Positions 31,443 through 40,514 of a stretch of DNA of 64,000 bases are shown here, piece after piece (within the stretch, counting starts at the first letter, position 1; every line of letters starts with the position of its first letter). The position numbers and the translations under genes are program-made. This DNA is from an uncultured delta proteobacterium (GTDB lineage Bacteria; Desulfobacterota; WTBG01), in assembly GCA_963793865.1 (NCBI GenBank), contig CAWCBP010000006.1, positions 32,001-96,000 on the forward strand, given 5' to 3'. The notes beneath the pieces were generated by a model, which worked only from the letters and a program-made list of their open reading frames with translations, was not told the origin of the DNA and made no database searches.

Positions 31443-33536
31443 TTAATCGGCGTACCGGCAGACGCGAAAGCCGACATCAGGTCTTTTATCGCTGCTGTAA
31501 TCCCGGAAAGCGGATCGCAGGGCGCTGATGCTCGCGTGCCTGAAGCTTGACCCTCTTATAAGGTGATGCGTTCCTTCCTGAGGGCCCGCGGGGTCCTGAT
31601 AGCGCCGGCCGGGGTTGTAGGAGTAGATTGAATAATAGTCATGGCACCACTCGGCAACATTGCCGCCGAGATCATACAGCCCCAGCGCGCCGGCGGCAAA
31701 TGTGGCGGGAGGCGCCGAAACCGGGTAGCCGTCCTCATAGTTGTCAAAGTACCCGGGAAGAAGATCCCGGGCGGAGAGATCGGCGATGTTAACGGTTCGT
31801 GTCGGGGGCGGAAAGCCGGTTCCCCAGGGATAGAGGGAGTCGGCCGTCTTTCCACTGAAGCGCGCGCAGTATTCCCATTCCGCTTCTGTCGGCAGCCGGT
31901 AGCCTCGTGCGAGGGGTTCCGCGGCAATCAACCCGCTCCCCCGGAGGCTATACGCCGGCGGGAGCTTTTCCTTTCCGCTTAACCAGTTACAATACGAGGC
32001 GGCCTCCTCCCAGGTGAGATTGACAACCGGCTGCGCGTCCTGATTGAGGCTGCGGTCTTGAAGAGAGCCTGAATCATGGCCGGGTTGATATTCCCTGAAT
32101 TCAGCGTTGCTCACTTCCTTGAGGCCCATGTAAAACGGCCGGGTGAAAACGATTTCGCGGATGGTTTCGTTGGAACGGCGTCCCTGTTCCTGCCGCGAAG
32201 AACCCATGGTAAAGGAGGAAGGCCGGACCAGGAGCAGGGGATATCCGTTGGCGGCCCTGATGCTCGCTGCTGAACCCGCTGCCGCCGGGGCCGGGATTTT
32301 TTTGAGGAGGGTTACGTTAAGTTCCTTCGCAACGCCGGGCTGCGGCGTTATCTCCGTTTGATACGGCTCGTAACCTTCTTTTACTATTTTAAGCTTCTGC
32401 GGCGCGGAAGGGAGGGAAAGGCTCGGAGGCACGGGGCCCTGCGGCTTGTCATTGATGTAAAGCTCTGCGTTCTCAGGCTTCACGCTGAAGTGGATGGTCC
32501 CGATGGCGGGTTTCATCTCCAGACTGAGTTCCCGGACCTCTTCGCTGGCCAGACGCACCTTTTCTTCAATTTTTTCATAGCCCGCCTTGGAGATGTGAAG
32601 CACATGATCAACATCCGGCGCAAGGGGGATGCGTGCCGGCGTCTGACCGACGAAGGTTTTATCAACCGTCACAATGGCCCCCGGAGGATTTGTCAGCAGT
32701 TTGATGGTGCCGTCGGCGGGAAGCAGCGTGACCGTATCCAGCACCTCCTGCTGACCTTCCTTCACCTCAATGCGGGACTGCCAGCTTTTATAATGGGGGG
32801 CGCTTATCTCCAGCCCATAGGTTCCTGCGCCGAGCTTGAGCTGGAGCGGGGTTTTTCCCCGTACAGTTCCGTCGATGGCAATGTCCGCGCCTGATGGAAT
32901 GGAATCAACGGTTATGCCTCCCGATGCGGATACCAGCGCCGCGTTTATTGTCTGCAGAGCGCCCATGCCTTCTACCTCAAGGGAGGTTTTGAAGTCCTGG
33001 TACTGGTCTGCCCTGACGAGCACTTCCCTGGGGCCGGCCTTGACCTCGATGCCGGCAAGGGGAGTGACACCGGCCTTTTCAGCGTCGATAATGACCTCAG
33101 CCCCCTCAACGGTTTCAGCGGGCCGCTCCTGTGAATAAGCGGTTACGGTTAAGCGGCCGGGAAGCTTTTCCATGACGGCGACCAGTTTCTGGTTTGACTC
33201 CCCGGTGACCAGCAAGGGCAGTTCAAGGGGTTTGTACCCGGATTTAAAGACGTGCACACTATAGTTTCCGGGGCGCAGGAGGTAGCTGCTGCCGATGTGG
33301 ATGCTGAAGAGCGACCCCTTGACGGAGACCCGCTCGGGGTCGGGATCTATTTGTAGTGATACCTGACGGGCGGTAAAGACAAACAGGATCGCGTAGAGGA
33401 AAAAGAAAAGGAAGCATGCAAGAAGCGCAATGAACAGCCACCGGCCGCGGGACAGGCCACCGTGCGGACGACGATAGTCGACCGGTTTGAATGGTATGGG
33501 TTCAATGATTTGTTGCGCCGGGGGCTCTGCAGACAT
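31443..33536 (-). CDS. Membrane-anchored PEGA-repeat protein with C-terminal FGE-sulfatase (SUMF1/GldK-like) domain
   Basis: N-terminal TM; about five PEGA-like units (GVTP, GKTP, GQTP..GY); FTMGS, RLPTEAEWEY, GLYDLGGNVAEW, GFRV. Confidence 0.88.
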   Translation of the reverse strand: MSAEPPAQQIIEPIPFKPVDYRRPHGGLSRGRWLFIALLACFLFFFLYAILFVFTARQVSLQIDPDPERVSVKGSLFSIHIGSSYLLRPGNYSVHVFKSGYKPLELPLLVTGESNQKLVAVMEKLPGRLTVTAYSQERPAETVEGAEVIIDAEKAGVTPLAGIEVKAGPREVLVRADQYQDFKTSLEVEGMGALQTINAALVSASGGITVDSIPSGADIAIDGTVRGKTPLQLKLGAGTYGLEISAPHYKSWQSRIEVKEGQQEVLDTVTLLPADGTIKLLTNPPGAIVTVDKTFVGQTPARIPLAPDVDHVLHISKAGYEKIEEKVRLASEEVRELSLEMKPAIGTIHFSVKPENAELYINDKPQGPVPPSLSLPSAPQKLKIVKEGYEPYQTEITPQPGVAKELNVTLLKKIPAPAAAGSAASIRAANGYPLLLVRPSSFTMGSSRQEQGRRSNETIREIVFTRPFYMGLKEVSNAEFREYQPGHDSGSLQDRSLNQDAQPVVNLTWEEAASYCNWLSGKEKLPPAYSLRGSGLIAAEPLARGYRLPTEAEWEYCARFSGKTADSLYPWGTGFPPPTRTVNIADLSARDLLPGYFDNYEDGYPVSAPPATFAAGALGLYDLGGNVAEWCHDYYSIYSYNPGRRYQDPAGPQEGTHHLIRGSSFRHASISALRSAFRDYSSDKRPDVGFRVCRYAD

Positions 33537-33538
33537 TT

Positions 33539-35137
33539 TTATATTTTTTCAGTGCAGGTGACGGTTATGCGCGGCGACGTGCTGCCGGCCCTGACCGACA
33601 GGCTGTGGCGCACATCCTTGTAACCGGAGCGGGCCCCCGTGACCGTATAGGTTCCCGGGCGGAGGGACAGCTCCTTGCTTTGGAAGCGGCCCAGCTTGCC
33701 CACCTTGTAGACGGCCACTTCGGTCAGCCCGTCAGATTCGATAATTACCGGCACGGTGGTGCGGGCTGAGGTAACAAGGGTATCCAATTCTGTTATGAGC
33801 CTGCTCAAGCGGGGACCCCGCGGCTCCATCTGCCGCGCCTCGCCAAGCAGCGCTGTTGCCCTGTTCAGGGACTGGTCGGATTCCAGCCGGCCCGGCTGGG
33901 CCAGGTAGCTTTTGATGTCCTCTTCCATTTCCTTGCGCTTGATCGCCCGTTCTTTGCCCTGCAGGGCAAACTGGATGGAACTGTCCAGGGAAAGAAGGCT
34001 TTGATAAGCGGCAAGCGCCCCATTCCAGTCCTCGGAGCGCTCGGCGGCAGCCGCCTCATTTTGCAGCTCGGCGATGCGGGCCCGTTTCAGGGCTGAATCC
34101 GCCTGGGCGAGGGCGTCATTGACCTCGGGGGAATCCGGCTTAATCGATCGAGCCTTGAGGAGCAGCTGCCGGGCCCGGCCGTAGTCGTGCGCGTGCAGCG
34201 CGGTTATTCCCCCTGACATCAATTCATCGAATTGCCGGGAAGCTATCAGGCCGGTCACGCGAGCCAGGCCGGCCCGGGCCTCTTCCGATTCAGGGTCCAG
34301 CCGGACGGCCTCCTGGTAGTCATCACGGGCGGAAGAAAGGCTGTTGCCTTCTTCATGCCGCGCGGCGGATTGCAGCAGCTCCAACACCTTCCCGCAGTTT
34401 TTGGCGCGCTCGATTCCGCGCAGGGCCAGGGGGTGCGCGGGTTCAATCATCAGCGCCAGTCTGAAGAGCCGCTCTGCGTTGTTGCCGTCCCCTTCACTCA
34501 GGGCGCGCCGGCCTTGCTCGAGGATGTCCCGAAGCGCATCACCCATTTTTTCTCCCAGGCTGAACGCGACAGCGGATGCCTGAGTATAGCCCTCTGCGGC
34601 GGCGGCAAACTCTTCCCGCATGAGCGCGGCATCGGCAGCCTGAGCGAGCTGCAGAAGCCGCTGATAGCCCTCTCCGCCCCACTCTGCGACCCCCTTCTCA
34701 TCAAGCTCTTTTTTTGCTTTCAGAAAATCAGCGAGCTTTTGTTCCGCCTCCTCCTTGTCCGGCGCAGCCGTCTGTGCCTGTGCAGCCGGGGGTTGTGATG
34801 TGGCAGGAACGGTTGACGGCACCGCTTCCGGAGTCACTTCCGAAACCTGTTTTTGATTTCGCGCTGCGCCGGGCGGCAGGGGGTTCCTTGACAGGTAACT
34901 GAACAGCCAGAGACCTCCCGCGGTGAGGAGCAGCAGGGCCGCAACCAGCATGGCATATTGTCGGAAAGATTGTTTCCTGCCCTCAGCGTGACCGGCCCCT
35001 TCTTCTCCCGCGGTCACCTTGAGCGGGGTTATAATTTTGTCACGCGGGTCTGTAGGTGTGGTGTCCGTTGGGTCAGCAAGTGCGTCCCAGAGGATGAGAG
35101 ATCTGCGATGTGCGATCTGGGATAGCGATAAGAGCAA
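33539..35137 (-). CDS. Membrane-anchored TPR-repeat protein with C-terminal beta domain
   Basis: TM helix; repeats A...Y..A...DP...A; C-term SDGLTEV..LRPGTYTVTGARSGYKDVR; start uncertain because it overlaps the repeat. Confidence 0.78.
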   Translation of the reverse strand: MLLSLSQIAHRRSLILWDALADPTDTTPTDPRDKIITPLKVTAGEEGAGHAEGRKQSFRQYAMLVAALLLLTAGGLWLFSYLSRNPLPPGAARNQKQVSEVTPEAVPSTVPATSQPPAAQAQTAAPDKEEAEQKLADFLKAKKELDEKGVAEWGGEGYQRLLQLAQAADAALMREEFAAAAEGYTQASAVAFSLGEKMGDALRDILEQGRRALSEGDGNNAERLFRLALMIEPAHPLALRGIERAKNCGKVLELLQSAARHEEGNSLSSARDDYQEAVRLDPESEEARAGLARVTGLIASRQFDELMSGGITALHAHDYGRARQLLLKARSIKPDSPEVNDALAQADSALKRARIAELQNEAAAAERSEDWNGALAAYQSLLSLDSSIQFALQGKERAIKRKEMEEDIKSYLAQPGRLESDQSLNRATALLGEARQMEPRGPRLSRLITELDTLVTSARTTVPVIIESDGLTEVAVYKVGKLGRFQSKELSLRPGTYTVTGARSGYKDVRHSLSVRAGSTSPRITVTCTEKI

Positions 35138-35375
35138 GGCGATGTATCGATCTGTGAAAGGGGTGATCTGCGATCGGGAAGTGCGATCTGCGATAAGAAC
35201 CGGAATTAAAGTTTTTAGTTTGTTTCATATCCCTCGTTCACGATTGCACATCGCAATTATTTATCCCACATTCCAGATCATACACTATACCTCATATCGC
35301 CCTTATCTCACATCACAAATCCCACATCTCAGATCAATCATATCGCATATCGCGGATCCAGATCGCACATCGCTA
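35095..35375. repeat. Degenerate 7-mer tandem repeats arranged as inverted arms (second copy)
   Basis: Left gatctgc/gatgtgc, right cacatcg/catatcg/cacatct. Confidence 0.8.
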
Positions 35376-36610
35376 CCTATTACTCCGAACTGTCTGCTAC
35401 TTTGGCTTTGCCTCACCTGATTCCCTCCTGCTGGGAACCCCGTCTCGGCATAGTATATTTCCCGCAAGAGCTCCCGCCAGCGCTTGTATTGCTGTTCCGC
35501 CGACCCGGTCAGCTCATACTTCTTGCCTTCAAATTCCATCACCACCGGCTTCATTTCGCTGCCGAATGATTCCCCCAGTTCTGCCAGCGTTTCATAGTGC
35601 ATTTGGGCCTGCTTGGAGATGTTGACGCCGCTTAAAAACACCTGGCCGCCGATGATGACCATCGTTGCGGTCAGGGCGCCGGAATCATGCACATCGCCCA
35701 CTTCGCCCAGGATGGCCAGCGCTATCAGCAGCGCGCCCGCGGCTTCCCGGAGGAGGGCGGCGCGTCTCTGCTTTTCCAGGGCAAGGCGCTCGGTGAGGTT
35801 TGAGGAGCGCCAGCCTTCGTAGGGTGACCACATTTCATTATAGAAACCTTCGTAATGCTCGTTGATGACGTCCTCAAACATGTATTGGCGCTCGCGAATC
35901 TGCAGGATGCGGGCCATCATGGTATCATCGTCGGCCGGAAGCCGCTTTACGGTGAACCTGCCGTTGTCTTCCTGCAGATAATCCCCGAAGGCATGGGGTG
36001 CGAAATCACCCGCGAAGCGGAGGTTTGAAACAATGCGCAGCGCCTGTATCTCATCAGGGCGCAACTCCTGAAGAAATCGGGACATGTCATTGGAGATGGC
36101 GTTGTAGAGACCCTGAAACGCGTCCTTTTCTCCGGGGGTGGTGCCCAGGTAGTCGTTGCCGGTGGCTGAGGCCCTGTACTCCTTCTCCTGCCACACCCTG
36201 CCGGTGGTGTCGCTGATCCTCACCTTGACGGCAAGGTTTTCGCCGTTCGACTCAATTATTTCACCCCGCACCATGACTTCCGCCGCATCGGATACCACCG
36301 GGGTGACCCGGACCATGCCCCAGTAACCGCTCCCCTCCAGGGTGTTTTTCAGATGGTAGGGGATAAAATGGTTCTCAGCCTTTCTCACCTCGGGATTGGT
36401 GCCTTCTTTCCGGGCTCTTTTTTCGGTGATCTCGTCACTCGTAAAGATGGCGATATCCACGTCCAGCAGCTCGGACTCGGGGATGGTCTGCTTTGCCTGC
36501 ACCATTTTGGTTTGCGCAGTCTGGCGCGCCCCGTCGAGGGTCGAGCAGGCGGCAATGGAACAAATAAAGAGGATGATTATACTGACAGCAATGCGAACGT
36601 TTATGGCCAT
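35303..36610 (-). CDS. Conserved-looking hypothetical lipoprotein
   Basis: Lipobox IAAC; long ORF in operon; hydrophobic hairpin near C-term; tail runs into the 7-mer repeat. Confidence 0.78.
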   Translation of the reverse strand: MAINVRIAVSIIILFICSIAACSTLDGARQTAQTKMVQAKQTIPESELLDVDIAIFTSDEITEKRARKEGTNPEVRKAENHFIPYHLKNTLEGSGYWGMVRVTPVVSDAAEVMVRGEIIESNGENLAVKVRISDTTGRVWQEKEYRASATGNDYLGTTPGEKDAFQGLYNAISNDMSRFLQELRPDEIQALRIVSNLRFAGDFAPHAFGDYLQEDNGRFTVKRLPADDDTMMARILQIRERQYMFEDVINEHYEGFYNEMWSPYEGWRSSNLTERLALEKQRRAALLREAAGALLIALAILGEVGDVHDSGALTATMVIIGGQVFLSGVNISKQAQMHYETLAELGESFGSEMKPVVMEFEGKKYELTGSAEQQYKRWRELLREIYYAETGFPAGGNQVRQSQSSRQFGVIGSDVRSGSAICDMIDLRCGICDVR

Positions 36611-36672
36611 GCTGATGCAGTGGGGGGTGTTATGTTTCGGGAATAAGCATTTATGCAAAACAAAACAAGCGA

Positions 36673-36778
36673 GTCATTGCGAGGAGTAACGCGTGTGCGT
36701 GACGACGAAGCAATCATTATTTACCCTGAAAGCAGGAAGTTGCACAAAATGAGATTGCTTCGTTTCACTCGCAATGAC
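36673..36778. repeat. GTCATTGCGAG...CTCGCAATGAC palindromic element
   Basis: Terminal inverted repeats plus internal cgaagcaatc/gattgcttcg; GTAG...CTAC hairpin adjacent at 36782-36825. Confidence 0.75.
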
Positions 36779-36821
36779 CACGTAGAGAGGACCCGGGTAT
36801 CGTATAAACTTCCGGTGCGCT

Positions 36822-37736
36822 CTACTGGCGAGTGGATTTCTTGTAATCTTCGTATTCCTTCCAGAGCTTTTTTTTGAGCTCCGGATCAGTCTCTTTTTCC
36901 GCGGCTTCACGGAGCTGGCGGGCCACGATATCGTCATCCTGGTCGCTTCCGGAAGGCCGCTTCGCCTGTTGTCCTGAAGCGGAACCGCCTGCCGATGATC
37001 CCCCCGCGACCGGCCCATCGGTGGTCGGCACGTTTTCATAGCTCCCGCCGCTTTCTCCTTCGCTTCCCTCCTGACCGCCTTTTTCGCCCCCTTCAGATGA
37101 AGCGGGCTCCCCGGCTGTTCCGCCAGTTTCTTCGCCCTGTTCTCCGATTCTTTGTGCTGCCGATGCGGCTTCCTGTGCCAGGGTGCTCATCCTGCTTTCA
37201 GATTTCGCGCGGATGTCATCCATTTCTTTCAGCAGCATCTGATCAAATTGGGAGAGTGATGCGCTGAGTTCCCGGTCCAGGGTGCCCAGTTCGCCGGACT
37301 CTTGCCCCGGCGCCGCTGCTGCGGGAGGCACCTCTGCCGAAGGGGGTGATTTCGAAGTGCCGCCTATGTTTTCCGTGCCCTGGCGTCTGGCATATGCCTT
37401 TTCCATCTCCTCCACAATTTTCTGATTTTCCGCCACCATGGCCTGTACGCGGCTGAGATAGATCTCGTAATTTTTGAGATCCTCAGGGTTCGCTTTCCCG
37501 GACTGTTTCAATGCCTGCAGTTCTGAGGCAATGCGCTCCTCGGTGGCCTGGCTGACGGAGAGTTCGGAGCGCGCCTGCTCAAGCTGCCGCTCAATTGCGG
37601 TCTGAGGCGCCGGAGGAGCCGCCGGCACAATTTCAGCTTCCCGGTGCTGAGTGCAGGAGAACATGGCAGCGATGAGCACGGAAAGGAGAAGGGCGCGGCA
37701 GGCAGAAGAAGAAAAGGTCACAGTAATGTTTGGCAT
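36822..37736 (-). CDS. Coiled-coil lipoprotein, first gene of the operon
   Basis: GAGAGG RBS, lipobox MFSC, coiled coils, Gly/Ser/Glu linker, C-term DDDIVARQLREAAEKETDPELKKKLWKEY. Confidence 0.78.
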   Translation of the reverse strand: MPNITVTFSSSACRALLLSVLIAAMFSCTQHREAEIVPAAPPAPQTAIERQLEQARSELSVSQATEERIASELQALKQSGKANPEDLKNYEIYLSRVQAMVAENQKIVEEMEKAYARRQGTENIGGTSKSPPSAEVPPAAAAPGQESGELGTLDRELSASLSQFDQMLLKEMDDIRAKSESRMSTLAQEAASAAQRIGEQGEETGGTAGEPASSEGGEKGGQEGSEGESGGSYENVPTTDGPVAGGSSAGGSASGQQAKRPSGSDQDDDIVARQLREAAEKETDPELKKKLWKEYEDYKKSTRQ

Positions 37737-37828
37737 ACGAACCTCTCTTACTGGTGAGCGGCGGGCAACAGCGGAATCAGACATTTCCCGGATGATGACA
37801 CATGCATGCAATGCGGTTAGTACGCAAA

Positions 37829-37857
37829 ATTATACTTTACTGCCTGAAGGGTGTCAA
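37829..37857 (-). promoter_or_regulatory. Perfect sigma70 consensus promoter
   Basis: TTGACA (37857-37852), 17 nt, TATAAT (37834-37829). Confidence 0.85.
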
Positions 37858-37960
37858 GGCGCAAGCGGGGTCGATTCTCGTATTGATTATTTGCCGGTTT
37901 TCATTTATCATCAGCGCCAGAAAAAGAGCACCGCGCTGGAACTGATTGTATGAGAGGTGT

Positions 37961-39781
37961 ATGAAAAGGACGGCGAAGCGGGAGAAAATACTGCTGGGAA
38001 ACGAGGCGATCGGGCGCGCCATTGTTGACTGCGGCTGCACGGTCGTCACCTCATATCCGGGTACGCCGGCAACAGAGATTTTATCCAGTGTTGACCGATA
38101 TGCCAAAGATGGAACTCTGCCGGTCTATCGTGAGTGGTCGGTCAACGAAAAATCCGCCTTCGAGGTCGCACTCACCAACAGCTATGCCGGCTGCCGGTCT
38201 GCCGTTGCCATGAAGCAGGTGGGGCTAAACGTTGCCTCCGACTCGCTGATGAGCGCGGCTTACACCGGTGTGATAGGGGGATTTCTGCTCGTCTCCGCCG
38301 ATGACCCCGGACCGCACAGCTCCCAGACCGAGCAGGACAGCCGCTTCATGGCCATGTTTGCCAGGATACCGGTGCTGGATCCATCGTCACCCCGGGAGGC
38401 ATATGAAATGGTCCGGATGGGGCTTGAACTTTCCGAGCAGTACTCCCTGCCGGTGATGCTGCGGCCCACCACCATGGTTTGTCATGCCCGCCAGAATGTC
38501 GGTTCGGGCACCGTGATCAGGCTGAAGCGGAAAGCGTCCTTCGTGAAAAATCCTTCCCGCCTGGCGGCAACGCCGAAGTTCAGATTTTCCCTGCACAAGG
38601 AACTCAACCGGAAGCTTGAGGCCATAGGCAGCAGCGCACAATACAAACCGGCTCTCATCAACAAACGGGCCGGGGCCGCCCGGCTTTGCATCATCTCCTC
38701 GGGGGCGGCATATGCCTGCGCCCTTGATATCCTGAGCGAGCTGGGGGTGCTTGACCGGGTTGCGCTCTACAAGGTTGCAATGCCCTATCCCATTGCTCCC
38801 GCTTTTTTGGGTCGGCTTGCCGGGAGCTTTAAGAAGATCCTGGTCATTGAAGAAACCTACCCGGTGATTGAGCTTCAGATCCCCGACCGGCGCAATGTCA
38901 GAGGGAAGCTGAACGGTCATGTGCCCAAAGAGGGTGAGCTAACGCCGGATATTTTGCATCCCATCATTGCCGGATTTGCCGGCAGGCCGTTCAAACGGGT
39001 GAAGGAACCGGCGCCGGGAGGACAGCGGCCGACGCTCTGTCCCGGTTGTCCCCACAGGGCATCGTATTTTGCCATCAGGAAGGCGTTTCCCCGCGGGATC
39101 TATCCCGGGGATATCGGCTGTTATACCCTGGGCATTAATCTCGGGGGAGTTGATACCTGTCTGTGCATGGGCGCATCCATTAACCAGGCGGCGGGACTCT
39201 ATCATTCATTTACCGTAAGCGGCGCCGAGCTTCCCCCCGTTGTCGCGACCATCGGCGATTCAACCTTCATGCACGCGGGCATTACCGGGCTCATCAATGC
39301 CGTTTACAACAAGGCCCGGTTCATCCTGGTCATCCTGGATAACGGCACCACCGCCATGACCGGCAATCAGCCCACCGCGGCAACCGGCATCCGTGCCGAT
39401 GGGTCAGCGGGTAACTGCATCAGCCTTGAGAAATTGATCGAAGGAACGGGCATTGAGTTCCTCAAGGTGATTGACCCCTACGATGTAACGGGCTTTGTCG
39501 CGCTGCTGGGTGATGCCCATGCCTTTACCCGCTCGGAAAAGGGAGGCATAGCGGTAATCATCGCCCGCCATCCCTGCATTATGAATAGCAGGGAGGGCAA
39601 ACGATATACGGTGACGGTTACGGAAAAGTGTACCGGCTGCCAGAGCTGCATTAAAAATTTTGAGTGCCCGGCGCTGAGCCTCGATGGCAATGAGCGTGTT
39701 ACTATAAACTATTTGCTCTGTACGGGCTGCGGGGTGTGTGTGCATGCATGCCCTGCGGGGGCAATTGAGGTCGTGGAATAG
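37961..39781 (+). CDS. iorA: Indolepyruvate:ferredoxin oxidoreductase alpha subunit
   Basis: LLGNEAI, YPGTP, NEKSAFE, MKQVGLNVA, LCPGCPH, GDIGCY, GDSTF, C-terminal 2x[4Fe-4S]. Confidence 0.93.
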   Translation: MKRTAKREKILLGNEAIGRAIVDCGCTVVTSYPGTPATEILSSVDRYAKDGTLPVYREWSVNEKSAFEVALTNSYAGCRSAVAMKQVGLNVASDSLMSAAYTGVIGGFLLVSADDPGPHSSQTEQDSRFMAMFARIPVLDPSSPREAYEMVRMGLELSEQYSLPVMLRPTTMVCHARQNVGSGTVIRLKRKASFVKNPSRLAATPKFRFSLHKELNRKLEAIGSSAQYKPALINKRAGAARLCIISSGAAYACALDILSELGVLDRVALYKVAMPYPIAPAFLGRLAGSFKKILVIEETYPVIELQIPDRRNVRGKLNGHVPKEGELTPDILHPIIAGFAGRPFKRVKEPAPGGQRPTLCPGCPHRASYFAIRKAFPRGIYPGDIGCYTLGINLGGVDTCLCMGASINQAAGLYHSFTVSGAELPPVVATIGDSTFMHAGITGLINAVYNKARFILVILDNGTTAMTGNQPTAATGIRADGSAGNCISLEKLIEGTGIEFLKVIDPYDVTGFVALLGDAHAFTRSEKGGIAVIIARHPCIMNSREGKRYTVTVTEKCTGCQSCIKNFECPALSLDGNERVTINYLLCTGCGVCVHACPAGAIEVVE

Positions 39782-39784
39782 AGC

Positions 39785-40315
39785 ATGGCGAGCAAGAGAA
39801 ACGGCATACAGATTGTTATCTGCGGGCGGGGAGGGCAGGGAGTTCTGTTCCTCACCAGGGTCCTGGATGAAGCGGCTCTCGCCGAAGGGAAGAATGTTAT
39901 CTCTTCCGAAACCCACGGCATGGCCATGCGGGGTGGATCGGTGGTCTCACACATCAGGATCGGTTCCTTTGTCTCGCCCCTCATCAGGTCGGGGCAGGGG
40001 GACATTATCCTGGCGCTCTCCGATTCTGAGGCGGATCGGAACATGCACCTGCTGAAAAAGACCGGGGGGCAGGTTTACGTGAACTCCGCCGCGATCCGGG
40101 CGGGCGCAATAGATGCGACCGGGATGGCACATGAGCTGGGTGCGCTGGTCGTCAGCAACCTCGTGCTGCTCGGCTTTGCCTGTGCCCACAAGGCGTTTCC
40201 CTTTTGCTTTGCCACTCTGAAGAAGGTGCTGAAGCGGATCAGCTCTCCCCGGGTGCTGGATGTCAACCTGAGGGCGTTGACTGAAGGATTTAAGAGGGGA
40301 AAGTTCCAGTCATAG
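39785..40315 (+). CDS. iorB: Indolepyruvate oxidoreductase beta subunit
   Basis: GRGGQGV, ETHGMAMRGGSVVSH; follows iorA. Confidence 0.88.
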   Translation: MASKRNGIQIVICGRGGQGVLFLTRVLDEAALAEGKNVISSETHGMAMRGGSVVSHIRIGSFVSPLIRSGQGDIILALSDSEADRNMHLLKKTGGQVYVNSAAIRAGAIDATGMAHELGALVVSNLVLLGFACAHKAFPFCFATLKKVLKRISSPRVLDVNLRALTEGFKRGKFQS

Positions 40316-40425
40316 ATATTGCACGGGAATAATAATAATGGAGGGCCATGCTCCGTCATGGCCGCATTTTGAAGGCGGACGCAACGGAGTGCGTCCCTCA
40401 ATAGGCGGAAGGATGCAAGAGGACA

Positions 40426-40500
40426 GCACTCCATTACTCCATCACTCCAAAATTTATAGCACTTGGACCCTGTACCCTGAACCCTTGCCCCTGAACCCTT
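40426..40500. repeat. Short 8-mer (ACTCCATY) and 7-mer (ACCCTGW) tandem repeats
   Basis: actccattactccatcactcca; accctgtaccctgaacccttgcccctgaaccct. Confidence 0.65.
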
Positions 40501-40514
40501 TTCTTTGAGGTCCC

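Noticed and set aside
31443..32300. FGE/CLec domain as a diversity-generating retroelement target
   Set aside because: No reverse transcriptase and no template-repeat copy of the 3' end seen in the window.
30880..35375. CRISPR array
   Set aside because: Repeats are degenerate 7-mers without unique spacers; no cas genes.
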